This document shows positions 20,844 through 31,220 of a stretch of 64,000 nt of DNA, in pieces. Below the pieces are notes generated by a model. The model ran no database searches. It worked only from the letters and a program-made list of their open reading frames with translations, and was not told where the DNA came from. Within the stretch, counting starts at the first letter, position 1. Each line of letters opens with the position of its first letter. This stretch comes from an uncultured Poribacteria bacterium (GTDB taxonomy: Bacteria; Poribacteria; WGA-4E; WGA-3G): the NCBI GenBank assembly GCA_951813565.1, contig OX638351.1:1088001-1152000 (forward strand), written 5' to 3'. A program made the position numbers and the translations under genes.

Positions 20844-21475
20844 AAAAAACATGTGCAATCTTCGATCTTGATGGGACACTTATCCGTCAATCTTCAGAGA
20901 AAGTTTTTCTCAAACACTTGCTGAAACATGGCGAAATTCCGATGTCAAATCTGTTTGCATGGACATCCCATTTTTTGAAGGTCAGATCATATACTCAAGC
21001 AAAATCTAACAAGATTCATCTTTGTGGTTTAGAGCAGCGTCACCTTTGTGAACTTGCACGTAATTGTTTTGTTGATTCACTCCGTGATAGTATAGCGCCT
21101 CACATTTCAACACTAATCCAGACCCATCGAAATGAGGGGCGAACGGTAATTTTGATGTCTGGTTCGTTATCATTTTTAGTTGAACTCTTCCATCAACATT
21201 TTCAGACTGACATTATGGTCGCAGACGAATTAGAGGTGACAAACGGCAAATTTACTGGTGAGCGCGTTGGGTTACGTCCTTATGCACAGAACAAAGCTGC
21301 CCTTGCACAAGAACTCGCAACGACGCATGGGTTTGACCTAAGGGCTTCTTATGCGTACGGTAACCATCATTCAGATGTTTATAAACTGGAATTATTTGGG
21401 TATCCAGTTGCGGTAAATCCTAATCGAGAACTCCGCCGAATAGCAACAGAGCGGAATTGGCAAATAGAATTGTAG
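20840..21475 (+). CDS. HAD-IB family hydrolase (SerB-like)
   Basis: AIFDLDGTL, ILMSGS, SYAYGNHHSD, PVAVNPN. Confidence 0.9.
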   Translation: MKKTCAIFDLDGTLIRQSSEKVFLKHLLKHGEIPMSNLFAWTSHFLKVRSYTQAKSNKIHLCGLEQRHLCELARNCFVDSLRDSIAPHISTLIQTHRNEGRTVILMSGSLSFLVELFHQHFQTDIMVADELEVTNGKFTGERVGLRPYAQNKAALAQELATTHGFDLRASYAYGNHHSDVYKLELFGYPVAVNPNRELRRIATERNWQIEL

Positions 21476-21492
21476 TCATGGTAGGATAAACA

Positions 21493-22239
21493 GTGCGGCT
21501 TGAAAAATATATTTCTTCTTCAGGTATTGCCTCTCGGCGCGCAGTAAAGCGAGCCATTCGTGAGGGGCACGTCACTGTGAATGGAGCAAAAATTCTCATC
21601 CCCGGACATCCGATTGATGTGGAAAAAGACATTATTGAGTTTGAAGGGAAACAGGTTCAACCACTAACAGAACATATCTATCTGATATTGAATAAGCCTG
21701 CAGGTTATTTAACGACTCGTCGTGATGAACGTGGTCGTCCTACCGTGATGGATCTTTTAACAGACCTACCGAAATCTATTTATCCAGTGGGACGTTTGGA
21801 TTTAGAGACTGAAGGTCTTTTGTTGTTCACGAATGATGGAAAATTCGCTAATCGGTTGATGCATCCAAGTCATGAGATTGAAAAGACCTATCTTGCATGG
21901 GTAAATGGCATTCCAAGTAAACGTGCACTTGAACGCTTACGTAACGGTATTGCCATCCCCGGTGGGAAAACTGCCCCAGCGAAGATCAAACAACTAAATG
22001 TGAAAACTGTCCCTCCGTCATCTGCTAATAGCAAAACACATAAAAATGAGGTAGTTGCAAAATTTAGGGTGATAATCCACGAAGGGAAAAAACGGCAGGT
22101 ACGTCTGATGTTTAAAGCGGTGGGACATCGCGTTATCCGCTTGAAGCGGACACGTATAGGGGCGTTAGGGTTAGGCAATCTCCCGCAGGGGCAATATCGA
22201 TTTCTGACCCCTACGGAAGTTGCTAAATTGCAAGCTTAG
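21493..22239 (+). CDS. RsuA/RluB-family rRNA pseudouridine synthase with S4 domain
   Basis: MRLEKYISSSGIASRR, LNKPAGY, YPVGRLDLETEGLLLFTNDG, IHEGKKRQVRLM. Confidence 0.93.
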   Translation: MRLEKYISSSGIASRRAVKRAIREGHVTVNGAKILIPGHPIDVEKDIIEFEGKQVQPLTEHIYLILNKPAGYLTTRRDERGRPTVMDLLTDLPKSIYPVGRLDLETEGLLLFTNDGKFANRLMHPSHEIEKTYLAWVNGIPSKRALERLRNGIAIPGGKTAPAKIKQLNVKTVPPSSANSKTHKNEVVAKFRVIIHEGKKRQVRLMFKAVGHRVIRLKRTRIGALGLGNLPQGQYRFLTPTEVAKLQA

Positions 22240-23264
22240 GTGTCACTTTTATTTTCTGCTTCCGCAGCCAATTCCTTGACGCTTTTCAACCGCGTTTCAG
22301 CAGTCTGTTTCACCCGATCATCTGATGTATGACTTATCAATTTCTCAAGTACTTCAATTGATTTGTCGTACTGTTTTGCAATTGAATAGGTTACACCGAG
22401 ATAAAGTTGAGCAAGTTCATAAACCCCACTTTTTGGATAGGTGTCAATGACTGTTTTGAAATGCATCAGCGCCATTTTGGTATTTTCTGCTGCGACATCT
22501 TCAGCTTTATCTTGAATTTGATTGCCATAAGCGACTCCGAGTTGTATGTGTAAAGCAGGAAGAAGTCCCGAAGTGTTTTTAGTATCATTTTCAATGACCT
22601 TTTTGCTGAACGGGAGCGCTTTTTCTAATTGTCTCTGTCCCAAATAGGCTAAAGCGATTCCATTGTTCAACTTGACATCATCAGGTATTTTTTTGCTAAT
22701 CAAAAGCGCCTTTTCCAATTGTTCCCGTTTTATATAAAGAATAGCGATTTCACTGTTTAGGGTGGCATCATCAGGCGTTTCCTTAAGTTTTGCCAATTTT
22801 ACCTGGAATTCCATCTCTTGTTTTAGAGCTTCTTCCATCACAGGTGCAAATTTTTCAGGTGGAGCGTATCCGACTTTTTTAGTGATGACACCACCATCCG
22901 GGCCGATGAACAAAACTGTCGGATAGCCTGTAATTTCATACTTCTTGCGCGTTTCCTCGTTTATAGGCAATTCCGTGTCTTGTGGGTTTACCTTGACGGT
23001 AATGAACTTCTCAGAAAGGGCAATGACGTTTGCGTCAGTGAATGTTTCGGCATCCAGCCGATCACACCAACCTCACGAGTCTGTATAGAAGTCCATCATA
23101 ATCGGTTTGCCGGTATCAACGGCTTGTTTCGTAGCTTCCTCAATAGACATTCCCCATTGGACTTTTTCGCCTTCAGCAAAAACAGGAATCAATACTGTCA
23201 TTAGCAGAAGGACGGTGAGTCCTGCTACATAGGGAGAGTAGCGGTAAAAAACAGAATTATACAT
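22236..23264 (-). CDS. putative selenoprotein: signal peptide + thioredoxin-fold (UxxC) + TPR-like domain, 342 aa with in-frame UGA at 23075-23073
   Basis: AAAGGAG RBS and ATG 23264. Reads ...KPIMMDFYTDS-UGA-GWCDRLDAETFTDANVIALSEKFITVKVNPQDTELPINEE...ITGYPTVLF in one frame, joining ORFs 23073..23264 and 22236..22970 with no other stop. The UGA sits at the first Cys of the thioredoxin CxxC. Confidence 0.85.
23036..23072 (-). promoter_or_regulatory. candidate bacterial SECIS element
   Basis: After the UGA: GGUUGGUGUGA-UCGGC-UGGAU-GCCGA-AACAUUCAC. The apical loop begins 16 nt after the UGA and has G at loop position 2. Confidence 0.65.
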
Positions 23265-23409
23265 TAATTCTCTCCTTTAGGTAAACGATAAATTAGGTGT
23301 TTCCTATATTGTCATGTTGAGCAGATAACCCGCACAACCGTTTATCCTTTTAGTGATTGTAAAATAATACCACATTCCACGAAGTATGTCCAGTTAAAAC
23401 AGATTCTTG

Positions 23410-23920
23410 AAGGTGTGTAACCAATTCTGCATAGTTTAGTTCATGTCGGGCTTCGCTCTACCCATAGGCGTCAATTTAGCGATGAGTTTCTTGTGGGAGG
23501 GAAACCTTGAAAGCCCGATTGAACGAGATTTAAGCAGAAAATCCAAATCAACGCTGAATGCGCCAAATCAAGAAATCAACGGTATGAATCATGGCGAATG
23601 CCAAAAGCGCATTCGTCTTTAGTCATTCACCGGGTATGAATGCCTGTTGGCATTCCCCGTATGGCATGCTGCCAAATCAACGCTGAATGCGCGTGTAGGC
23701 ATTCATCCAAATCAACGCAGCATGCGCGTATGGCATGCTGCGGGGTTGAAAACCCCTCCCACAAGAGGATATATCCTTAAGTTTACACCCGTCAAATGCC
23801 AAAAGCGCATTTGACGTTGATTTGGCTGAATGCCCGCTAAATGCCACAGGCGCATTTGGCGTTGATTCAGGCGTTCATAGCGTTGATTTATGGGTTTCGC
23901 TGCGCTCTACCCGACCTACA
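23410..23920. mobile_element. composite MITE/REP cluster with nested palindromic modules
   Basis: aatccaaatcaacgctgaatgcgccaaatcaagaaatcaacggtatgaatcatggcgaatgcc (near-identical to ~16930). cgttgatttggctgaatgcccgctaaatgccacaggcgcatttggcgttgattcaggc (near-identical to ~17042). gggtttcgctgcgctctacccgacctac. Confidence 0.8.
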
Positions 23921-23968
23921 ATACTACCGCGCTATTGGCATGACAAACGTGACACTAAGAAGTTTTGT

Positions 23969-25360
23969 TTACTTGCCTACGCAGAACTGTGAAAAAATCA
24001 GATCCAGAATATCTTCAGTCGTTGTTTTACCAACGATATCGCCGAGTGCATCAAGACTAATACGTAGATCAACAGAAACGAGATCAGGTGGCATCTCATT
24101 TTCTAAACTCGTTATCACATCATCAAGTGCTTCTTGGGCACGACGTAAAGCATCTTGATGGCGAGCATTGGTAACAATCGGAGATTCACCTATAACGAAT
24201 TCAGCGCCAAGCATTTCTTCTCGAATAGCAGTTTTTAGTACATCAATACCTTTGCCTTCGGTAATTGCTGTCTGAACAACGCGCGCCTTTGGGCAACGGT
24301 CTGTTAACGCTTGTGGCTGGACGATAGTAGGGAGATCAATTTTATTTAGGATCAGAATGGCACGGTGCGAATTCGCTATCTGTAAAAGCTCAATATCTGC
24401 TTCATTTAAGGGTTCGGATGCGTCAAACATTAGGAGTAGAAATTCCGCTTTGTTGAGGACATCTCTACTCCGTTGAACACCTTGCAGTTCAACAATGTCC
24501 TCCGTTTGCCTGAGTCCAGCAGTATCAACGAGATTTACAGGGATGCCGTCAAAATTGATAGTTTCATCAATTGTGTCGCGCGTAGTGCCAGGGATATCTG
24601 TGACAATGGCACGCGCCGTGCGGACAAGGGTGTTGAATAGACTTGATTTTCCGACATTCGGTTTGCCTAAAATGGCAACATTGATACCTTCCTTGATAAG
24701 ACGTCCTTCCGAAGCAGTTTGGAGCAGACACATCAAGTCTGCTTGAACGGCACGCGCAGTTTGGAGCTGCATCTCCACCTTCATAAAATCAAGGTCTTCA
24801 TCGGGAAAATCGATAGAGGCTTCAATTTCTGCCAGCAATGCTGCAAGTCTATCGCTAAGTTGATTCACACTTTCAGACAATTTACCTTCAAGTGCCTGAA
24901 TTGCGATTTTCCGACTAAGTTCTGTTTTTGAACTGATGAGTTCTGCTACTGCTTCAGCTTGTGCAAGGTCGAGCCTGCCGTTGAGAAATGCGCGTTTCGT
25001 AAACTCTCCCGGTTCAGCGAGTCTTGCCCCTGCTTTTACGACTAAATCTAATACAGCTGTTACCGGAACAGTCCCACCGTGGCAGTTAAATTCCACGATG
25101 TCTTCGGTGGTATACGTTTTCGGGGAGCGCATAATGCCAAGCATTACTTCGTCAACGATTTCCGCATCGGAGTTTGATGTATCTATGACGTAGCCGTGTG
25201 TAAGTGTATGTGAAGGGAGTTCAGCAGGGGAGACAGCGCGTGAAGGACGAAACAATTGACTGGCGATCGGAATTGCAAGCGGTCCGCTGACACGCACTAT
25301 TCCGATACCTCCTTCGCCGCGCGGTGTTGCGATGGCGGCGATAGTATCGTCAAATTTCAT
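23969..25360 (-). CDS. mnmE: tRNA modification GTPase MnmE
   Basis: DTIAAIATPRGEGGIGIVRVSG, AEPGEFTKRAFLNG, GKPNVGKSSL, DTAGLR, FSQFCVGK. Confidence 0.97.
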   Translation of the reverse strand: MKFDDTIAAIATPRGEGGIGIVRVSGPLAIPIASQLFRPSRAVSPAELPSHTLTHGYVIDTSNSDAEIVDEVMLGIMRSPKTYTTEDIVEFNCHGGTVPVTAVLDLVVKAGARLAEPGEFTKRAFLNGRLDLAQAEAVAELISSKTELSRKIAIQALEGKLSESVNQLSDRLAALLAEIEASIDFPDEDLDFMKVEMQLQTARAVQADLMCLLQTASEGRLIKEGINVAILGKPNVGKSSLFNTLVRTARAIVTDIPGTTRDTIDETINFDGIPVNLVDTAGLRQTEDIVELQGVQRSRDVLNKAEFLLLMFDASEPLNEADIELLQIANSHRAILILNKIDLPTIVQPQALTDRCPKARVVQTAITEGKGIDVLKTAIREEMLGAEFVIGESPIVTNARHQDALRRAQEALDDVITSLENEMPPDLVSVDLRISLDALGDIVGKTTTEDILDLIFSQFCVGK

Positions 25361-25448
25361 ATCGTAACTCCCGTTCTACAAGCGCAGCACGAGATTACCG
25401 AGGGAATCGGTGATTTTGTGTTATCAAATTTGGTTGTATATTTCTGGC

Positions 25449-26075
25449 TCAATAGTTATCTTGCCGTGCAATAACAACGCGACGCATATCACCTTCTCCT
25501 TGGCTAAACGTTGAGACGGTATCGTCCGATTGTAAGGCGAGATGAATCATGCGCCGGTCCTTGGCAGACATTGGGGCAAGAACGACATCTTGACGCGTCC
25601 GTTTGACTTTTGCAGCAACTTGATGGGCAAGGTCAACGAGCGTCTGCTCTCTGCGTTCACGGTAACCTTCGGTATTAACAAATACCTTTTTTTTAGCGAG
25701 TGCATTTTTATTGACGATACAATTGAGGATCCGTTCAATAGCATCAAGAGTCTGTCCATGTTTTCCGATCAGAAGTGCTGGTGAATCAGAAACCATGTTG
25801 AGGTGCAGACTTCCTTCAATGAAGTTAGATTCAACTTCACCATCAATACCTATCCGCGTGAGCATTTCCTTCAAAACGGTTTCTGGAGCAGTAGAAATAT
25901 CTTCCTTAAGAGTGGCACGAATTTTTGCGGGTTTCGCGCCAAAACTCAAAATACCTTTAGTCGGTTCATTAATAATTATGAGGTTAATCTGTTCGCGCGT
26001 TGCTTCAAGCTGCGTGAGTGCAATTTCAATTGCCTCTTCAACAGTTTCAGCTTCAGTTTCAATATAGTTTTGCAA
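25449..26075 (-). CDS. jag: RNA-binding protein Jag/EloR/KhpB (Jag_N-KH-R3H)
   Basis: AETVEEAIEIAL, LIGKHGQTLDAI, PMSAKDRRMIHLAL; TTG start with AGGAG. Confidence 0.93.
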   Translation of the reverse strand: MQNYIETEAETVEEAIEIALTQLEATREQINLIIINEPTKGILSFGAKPAKIRATLKEDISTAPETVLKEMLTRIGIDGEVESNFIEGSLHLNMVSDSPALLIGKHGQTLDAIERILNCIVNKNALAKKKVFVNTEGYRERREQTLVDLAHQVAAKVKRTRQDVVLAPMSAKDRRMIHLALQSDDTVSTFSQGEGDMRRVVIARQDNY

Positions 26076-26158
26076 TTGGCAGTACTCCTTTTATGCTGTA
26101 GAAGATTCACGCATGTATGTAAAAAATTTGTATTATAATTTGATAGAGGCCTTCTTAT

Positions 26159-26455
26159 TATAGTGAAACCCATAATTATTTGGACATTTTGTTCTTATGC
26201 GGATTTCAAACACACCATAAATCTCCGAGGCGACAAGTCATGGCGAATACCACACGGGGAATGCCTAAAGACGCATGCGCCAAATCAACGGTCCGAATGC
26301 CTTTTGGCATTCCCCGTATGGCATTCGCCATGATTCATACCGTTGATTTGGCGTATTCGCCCAAGTGCGCTTGGCGTTGATTTGGCAATGAATTGCGCGA
26401 CTACAAACACCGCTAACCTTAAGAAAATGTCCAGGTATTTTTAGATTTTTCTATA
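26159..26455. mobile_element. MITE-like element containing a REP interrupted by nested palindromic modules
   Basis: Ends tatagtgaaacccataattatttggacatttt / aaaatgtccaggtatttttagatttttctata. Internal gaggcg...[~155 nt of gaatgcc/ggcattc and caaatcaacg/cgttgatttg modules]...gcaatgaattgcgcgactac. Confidence 0.75.
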
Positions 26456-26479
26456 AGATTTATACGATGAGGTCAAACA

Positions 26480-28333
26480 TTAATTCGATTTGCGCTTCGG
26501 TGTGGTTTCCTGTTTTTCGGATTCGCCATCATGGAAAAATCTTGTTTGTATTTGTTGTTGTGCTACAGTAAAGACGTTATTACATAACCAGTATAACACA
26601 AACCCTGATGCCCAGTTATAAAAAAGGAAGACAAAGATAAGCGGCATAAACTGCATGATTTTCGCCTGCGTATTACTGGTAGTTGGTGTAGCAGACATTC
26701 CGCCGACAAATTTTTGTTGAAGCCAAGTCGTGAGTCCATTTAGAATCGGTAAAAACCGGATAGCATCTATCTGTGTAACAATAAGCGGAATAGAAAATGG
26801 AAGTTTATACAATGTATCTGGTGCTGATAGGTCATCAATCCAAAAGAAGAAAGGCGCACCCCGAAATTCGACAGCACTCCCAAGTAGTGCAAAGAGTGCC
26901 CAAAAAATGGGGAGTTGTGGTAGCCAAGGAATACAGCCACCTAAGGGATTCACTCCGTTTTCTTTGTAAATGCGCATTGTGGCTTTATTCAGTTTTTGCG
27001 GGTCATCCCGATGTTTTTCTCGTAATTCCGTCAATTGCGGTTGCAGTTCCTGCATCTTTTTCATAGAGATATGTGCTTTGCGGGTAAGCGGGAAGGAAAT
27101 TATCTTTACTAATGCTGTCATCAGGATAATCGCTACGCCATAGTTTTGAAAGATGTTGTACAATCCGTTGACTACCCACAGCATGCCCCATGCTAAAAGA
27201 CCGAAAATTCCGAAATCTATGATTTTTGGGAGATGAATCGGTACATCTGGTGCATTCGGTGCTGTAATAGGTTTCAGTAGCGCGTTATCCTTCGGTCCAA
27301 CGTAGAGTCGAAAAACATGAGTTTGCTTTTGCTGAGACGGAAGTTTAAAACGAGGAATTGTCAAAACAGCAGTCTCAGTTGGTGCAGTAACCAAGATATT
27401 TTCCCTCTTATTTGCCTTTGCATTATCCAACGTATAGGTAGCCTTAAGTTCCGGATCTGGAATCATTATGGCACTAAAATATTGACTATTAATACCCGCC
27501 CAGAGTACTGTTTCTAACGCAAGTTCTTGTTTGAGTTCGCGTGTAGGTTTTCCGGTGCCGATATAGGTTTTTGCACCTTCAGCACTACGGCGCCCGGGTT
27601 TACCGGTTTCTTTTTCGTGTACGAGCAAGTCAGCATTAATCCCCGGCCCCCAACGCATTTCGTAGCCATTCCATTGTTCATTTCCACCGATTACTAAAGG
27701 TTCAGCAGCATCGGAAACATTTTCGAACGTTAAGGCTAAATCAACGGTATACCTGTCATTGTAAAAGGTAAACTGTTTGGCAACCTTCAATTGCTCATCA
27801 ATCGTAGTTGTGAAGGTAAGTGTTCCCTCATTTTGTGTATCTGATAGTTGAATGCCCTGTGGCTTGTCTGCCTTCCAGGTAGCGCGACGTAAATTAAGTT
27901 CATTCTGCAGATATGAATTTCCGAATTGGAGTTCAAGACAGTCAAGTGCTGTTTCAGGAATAAGGTTCAACGGCACGTCTTTAGCGATATCCGACCTGTC
28001 GGGAAATCGCAAATTGCTGTTTTCTTTTTTTTCTACCAATTCCCATTGCTTGGCTATTGCCAATTTCTCGTTAAAAGTGATGTTGTAAATAGAAGTTCTG
28101 ATATGGACCTTAGGATCGTCAGGGCTGTCTTGAACCATCATCAGTGGGTCCGAATCAACAGAATCTTCTTCTTTTACTCCAAGTTCTGATTCTTTAGATG
28201 TCTCGTCTTGCGAGGTCTGTTCAGATGTTGCGGGGTTGTTCTGTTCTGGCACGAAACGATTGCCAAATATCAGACTCCATGCAATCATTACACCGACCAT
28301 TAGAACAAGTGCGAGAATATAGCGTGCGCCCAT
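26480..28333 (-). CDS. yidC: membrane protein insertase YidC
   Basis: LYVGPK, IDFG, NYGVAII, SMKKMQELQP, GVNPLGGCIP, WIDDLSAPD, GFVLYW; large periplasmic domain. Confidence 0.96.
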   Translation of the reverse strand: MGARYILALVLMVGVMIAWSLIFGNRFVPEQNNPATSEQTSQDETSKESELGVKEEDSVDSDPLMMVQDSPDDPKVHIRTSIYNITFNEKLAIAKQWELVEKKENSNLRFPDRSDIAKDVPLNLIPETALDCLELQFGNSYLQNELNLRRATWKADKPQGIQLSDTQNEGTLTFTTTIDEQLKVAKQFTFYNDRYTVDLALTFENVSDAAEPLVIGGNEQWNGYEMRWGPGINADLLVHEKETGKPGRRSAEGAKTYIGTGKPTRELKQELALETVLWAGINSQYFSAIMIPDPELKATYTLDNAKANKRENILVTAPTETAVLTIPRFKLPSQQKQTHVFRLYVGPKDNALLKPITAPNAPDVPIHLPKIIDFGIFGLLAWGMLWVVNGLYNIFQNYGVAIILMTALVKIISFPLTRKAHISMKKMQELQPQLTELREKHRDDPQKLNKATMRIYKENGVNPLGGCIPWLPQLPIFWALFALLGSAVEFRGAPFFFWIDDLSAPDTLYKLPFSIPLIVTQIDAIRFLPILNGLTTWLQQKFVGGMSATPTTSNTQAKIMQFMPLIFVFLFYNWASGFVLYWLCNNVFTVAQQQIQTRFFHDGESEKQETTPKRKSN

Positions 28334-28424
28334 TTAAATTTTAGATGCTCCTCTTTCTATTTATAGCGCGAGGTTTTGTGACTCGCCATCCACCGTATGT
28401 CAATGGAAATTCGACGTTTATTTG

Positions 28425-28634
28425 CTACTGAAGTGGGTCAAAGCCTCCTGGATGATAAGGATGGCATTTTACCAATCGTTTTAAAGTTAACCAGCTGCCT
28501 TTGAAAGTACCATATTGCTCAAAGGCTTGCTGTGCGTAGTGTGAACAAGTTGGATGGAAACGGCACGTTGGAGGAAAAAGTGGGGAGATGAAGCGACGAT
28601 ATCCACGGATAACGTAAAGAATTAATCGGCTCAT
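28425..28634 (-). CDS. yidD: membrane protein insertion efficiency factor
   Basis: [33 protein letters not shown]. Confidence 0.96.
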   Translation of the reverse strand: MSRLILYVIRGYRRFISPLFPPTCRFHPTCSHYAQQAFEQYGTFKGSWLTLKRLVKCHPYHPGGFDPLQ

Positions 28635-28748
28635 TTTCTTTCAAATAATCGCGCATTTGCTGAAGATGTTTTTTATATCCAACGATATATTTATCGGTAT
28701 TGATTGGACTATGTCTCAATTTTACAAAATTCACTTTCCCAAGTGCTT

Positions 28749-29111
28749 CTATAAACCTGTTTTATCGGTTATCGTAATTGATGCTCTACAGAACAATTGG
28801 TGTAAACTTTCTGTAGCTTGCTGTCCTGAAAGCCTACAAGCAGCTTTTCTACCTACAACCACAATGTCGTACTGGGGCAAAAGCTCAAGTTTAAGCATGC
28901 GAAACGCTTCACGAATGAGGCGTTTGACACGGTTCCGCTGAACACTTTTACCTACTTTTTTGCTAACTGTTATTCCTAACCGAGGTTGACTGAATTGTGT
29001 ACGGAAGACGTAGATAACGAAGTAGGTATCCCAGCACTTTTTCCCTTTTTTATATGCTCTCTGAAATTCCCAAGACTTCTTCAGCCTTTCTGGATGTGGT
29101 TGATACGGCAT
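28749..29111 (-). CDS. rnpA: ribonuclease P protein component
   Basis: ERLKKSWEFQRAY, RLGITVSKKVGKSVQRNRVKRLIRE. Confidence 0.96.
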   Translation of the reverse strand: MPYQPHPERLKKSWEFQRAYKKGKKCWDTYFVIYVFRTQFSQPRLGITVSKKVGKSVQRNRVKRLIREAFRMLKLELLPQYDIVVVGRKAACRLSGQQATESLHQLFCRASITITDKTGL

Positions 29112-29221
29112 AACCTCAGGATTGATTCAGAATAGTAGCGACTTCTTCACGCAATTCTGTAAGATGCCCTTTTATTTCCGTACATAATCGGATACGCATG
29201 GGCAAACAACTGTCTTCAGTT

Positions 29222-29734
29222 TCAATTAATATAAAGATACTTTTTCCAAGACGGATGGTAACCCCGAAAATGACGGTTGAGTTGCAAATATGTCAAGATT
29301 GATGGCGTTTTTGGTATTCGTTTCAACTTGAAATGCGTATCATGAAGCATCTGGCTGCCTTTTTTGTTGTTGCAGCGTTTACATGCGGTCACAACATTTT
29401 CCCAAGTTGTCTTTCCACCTTTTGAAATTGGGATAACGTGGTCAAGCGTTAGCAAAGAAGCAGCAAACTCTCGATGGCAATACTGACATACATGTTGGTC
29501 GCGCGCAAGTACATTCTTACGGGAAAACTTGACAACACTGCGCGGAACATGCACGTATTTTACCAAACGAATAACGTGCGGCACTTTGACAATAGCCGAC
29601 GGTGACCGAATTTCCGATTCAGACACTTCCTCTGTTTGAGCAGTTCCTTTGAAAACCATCTTCAAGGCGCGTCTGAGATTGCAAACGTTGATCGCTTCAT
29701 AACTGGCATTTAGCACTAAAACAGGTACTTCCAC
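29222..29734 (-). CDS. HNH endonuclease (McrA-like)
   Basis: VLVLNASYE, FSRKNVLARDQHVCQYC, LTLDHVIPISKGG..TWENVVTACKRCNNKKG; AGGAGG RBS, GTG start. Confidence 0.92.
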   Translation of the reverse strand: MEVPVLVLNASYEAINVCNLRRALKMVFKGTAQTEEVSESEIRSPSAIVKVPHVIRLVKYVHVPRSVVKFSRKNVLARDQHVCQYCHREFAASLLTLDHVIPISKGGKTTWENVVTACKRCNNKKGSQMLHDTHFKLKRIPKTPSILTYLQLNRHFRGYHPSWKKYLYIN

Positions 29735-29825
29735 TCGCCTGTCCTCCTACAAGCAAGTATTCTGATTTTAGTCATACACTATTTTAACACATCTACGCGG
29801 CAATTGCAACTAAAATCTATTTCTT

Positions 29826-30027
29826 GGGTGTGTAAATACTTTGGCATTAACTATGTCATTTTCTTGTAGGAGGGCTTTGTCCGCCCGATAAATCCAGATC
29901 AACGCCAAATGTGCTTTTGGGCATTCAGCCAAATCAACGTCGAATACACCTATAGCATTCAGCGTTGATTCACAGTGAAGAGTCTTGAACCGAAGATCAA
30001 AATTGTAGGAAAAACTAAATAACCCTG
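29826..30027. repeat. REP/MITE composite repeat
   Basis: gggtgtgtaaata, tgtaggagggctttgtccgcccga, caaatcaacg / gcattcagcgttgatt modules, and an aaaactaaataaccctg end. Confidence 0.7.
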
Positions 30028-30092
30028 TGAGAAATACTCGTATTTGATCAAGGGAAGGGATTTTAAGGTATTTGTTCTATATTGGGATGTGT

Positions 30093-30998
30093 CTATTTGC
30101 GTCTGGAAAGATACGCCGACAACGCATGGTCAAACGGGGTAGTAGTATCCATTTGCACATAATCAATCTGGCTCGCGCCGCATCCGCGACGGTAATTCTG
30201 AATAAACTGATTCAGATTTTCAAGATATGCGGTTTTAAGTGAGTTGGCTTGTGTTGAAAGTGTCTGCCCAGTTTCCATATCTCGAAAAATTACAGAGCCG
30301 TTATATGGGAAGGTGAGTTCAGCATGATCAAGTAGGTGAAAAACGATCACCTCATGTTTCTGATGGCGGAGATGTTTCAGTGCTGATATGACGTTCGAGG
30401 GTTCATCAAGTAGGTCGGAGATAACAATAACCAATCCGCGCCTAACAATCCTTTTAGCGAGTTCGTGAAAGAGACCGCTCAACTCGGTTTCCTGCCCAGG
30501 CGTAGCATTTTCAAGCGCAGACATAATTGCACGCAGATGTGTTGCTGCGCCTCTCGGTGGAATATATTGCGTAATATCTGTATCAAAAAGAGCTAATCCA
30601 ACAGAGTCGCGTTGCTTCAGCATGAGGTAGGTAAGCGTGGCAGCAAGATAACACCCATATTCAAACTTCGTCAAAGTGTCATCTTTATGTTTGTAGTTCA
30701 TTGACGCGCTTGTATCAAGTAGAATATATGCGCGTAGGTTCGTCTCCTCTTCAAACTTCTTAACATAATACCGATCAGATTTCCCGTAGACCTTCCAGTC
30801 GATATATCGGATTTCATCGCCGGGCATATATTGCCGATGCTCAGCGAACTCTACGCTAAACCCCTGATACGGACTTTTGTGCAACCCGGTAACGAACCCT
30901 TCAACCACAAGTCGGGCGACAAGTTCCATACCTCCGATACGAGAGAGTGCTACTGGATCAAGATATTTGTGAGATGTTTGCATATTTGCTTTCACCAC
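30093..30998 (-). CDS. DUF58 domain protein (vWA-containing, MoxR-associated family)
   Basis: GLHKSPYQGFSVEFAEHRQYMPGDEIRYIDWK, EEETN, LLDTSASM, VISDLL. Start may be ATG 30983. Confidence 0.92.
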   Translation of the reverse strand: MVKANMQTSHKYLDPVALSRIGGMELVARLVVEGFVTGLHKSPYQGFSVEFAEHRQYMPGDEIRYIDWKVYGKSDRYYVKKFEEETNLRAYILLDTSASMNYKHKDDTLTKFEYGCYLAATLTYLMLKQRDSVGLALFDTDITQYIPPRGAATHLRAIMSALENATPGQETELSGLFHELAKRIVRRGLVIVISDLLDEPSNVISALKHLRHQKHEVIVFHLLDHAELTFPYNGSVIFRDMETGQTLSTQANSLKTAYLENLNQFIQNYRRGCGASQIDYVQMDTTTPFDHALSAYLSRRK

Positions 30999-31024
30999 TG
31001 TGTGAAGTGGTATAATGGTAGTAG

Positions 31025-31210
31025 TTAATTGATTTTACTTTTTTCACTAACTTGTTCAAAATGTTTTTCAATCTTGGACAAACTTTCGTCTATGTTTTTG
31101 AACGTTTGAGTTCTTTCGGTTGACTGACGTTCTACCTTACGGATTTCGGAAATGATCCCAGCACGTCCACAAAAAATAGCACCAAGCATCAAAAAAACCC
31201 AAAATTCCAT
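31025..31210 (-). CDS. small hypothetical membrane-anchored protein
   Basis: GGTG RBS, hydrophobic N-terminus followed by a coiled-coil-like tail. Confidence 0.55.
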   Translation of the reverse strand: MEFWVFLMLGAIFCGRAGIISEIRKVERQSTERTQTFKNIDESLSKIEKHFEQVSEKSKIN

Positions 31211-31220
31211 CTAATCACCT

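Noticed and set aside
16748..26455. CRISPR array from the recurring ccaaatcaacg/gaatgcc repeats
   Set aside because: Spacing is irregular, orientations are mixed and nested, there are no unique constant-length spacers, and no cas genes are present.
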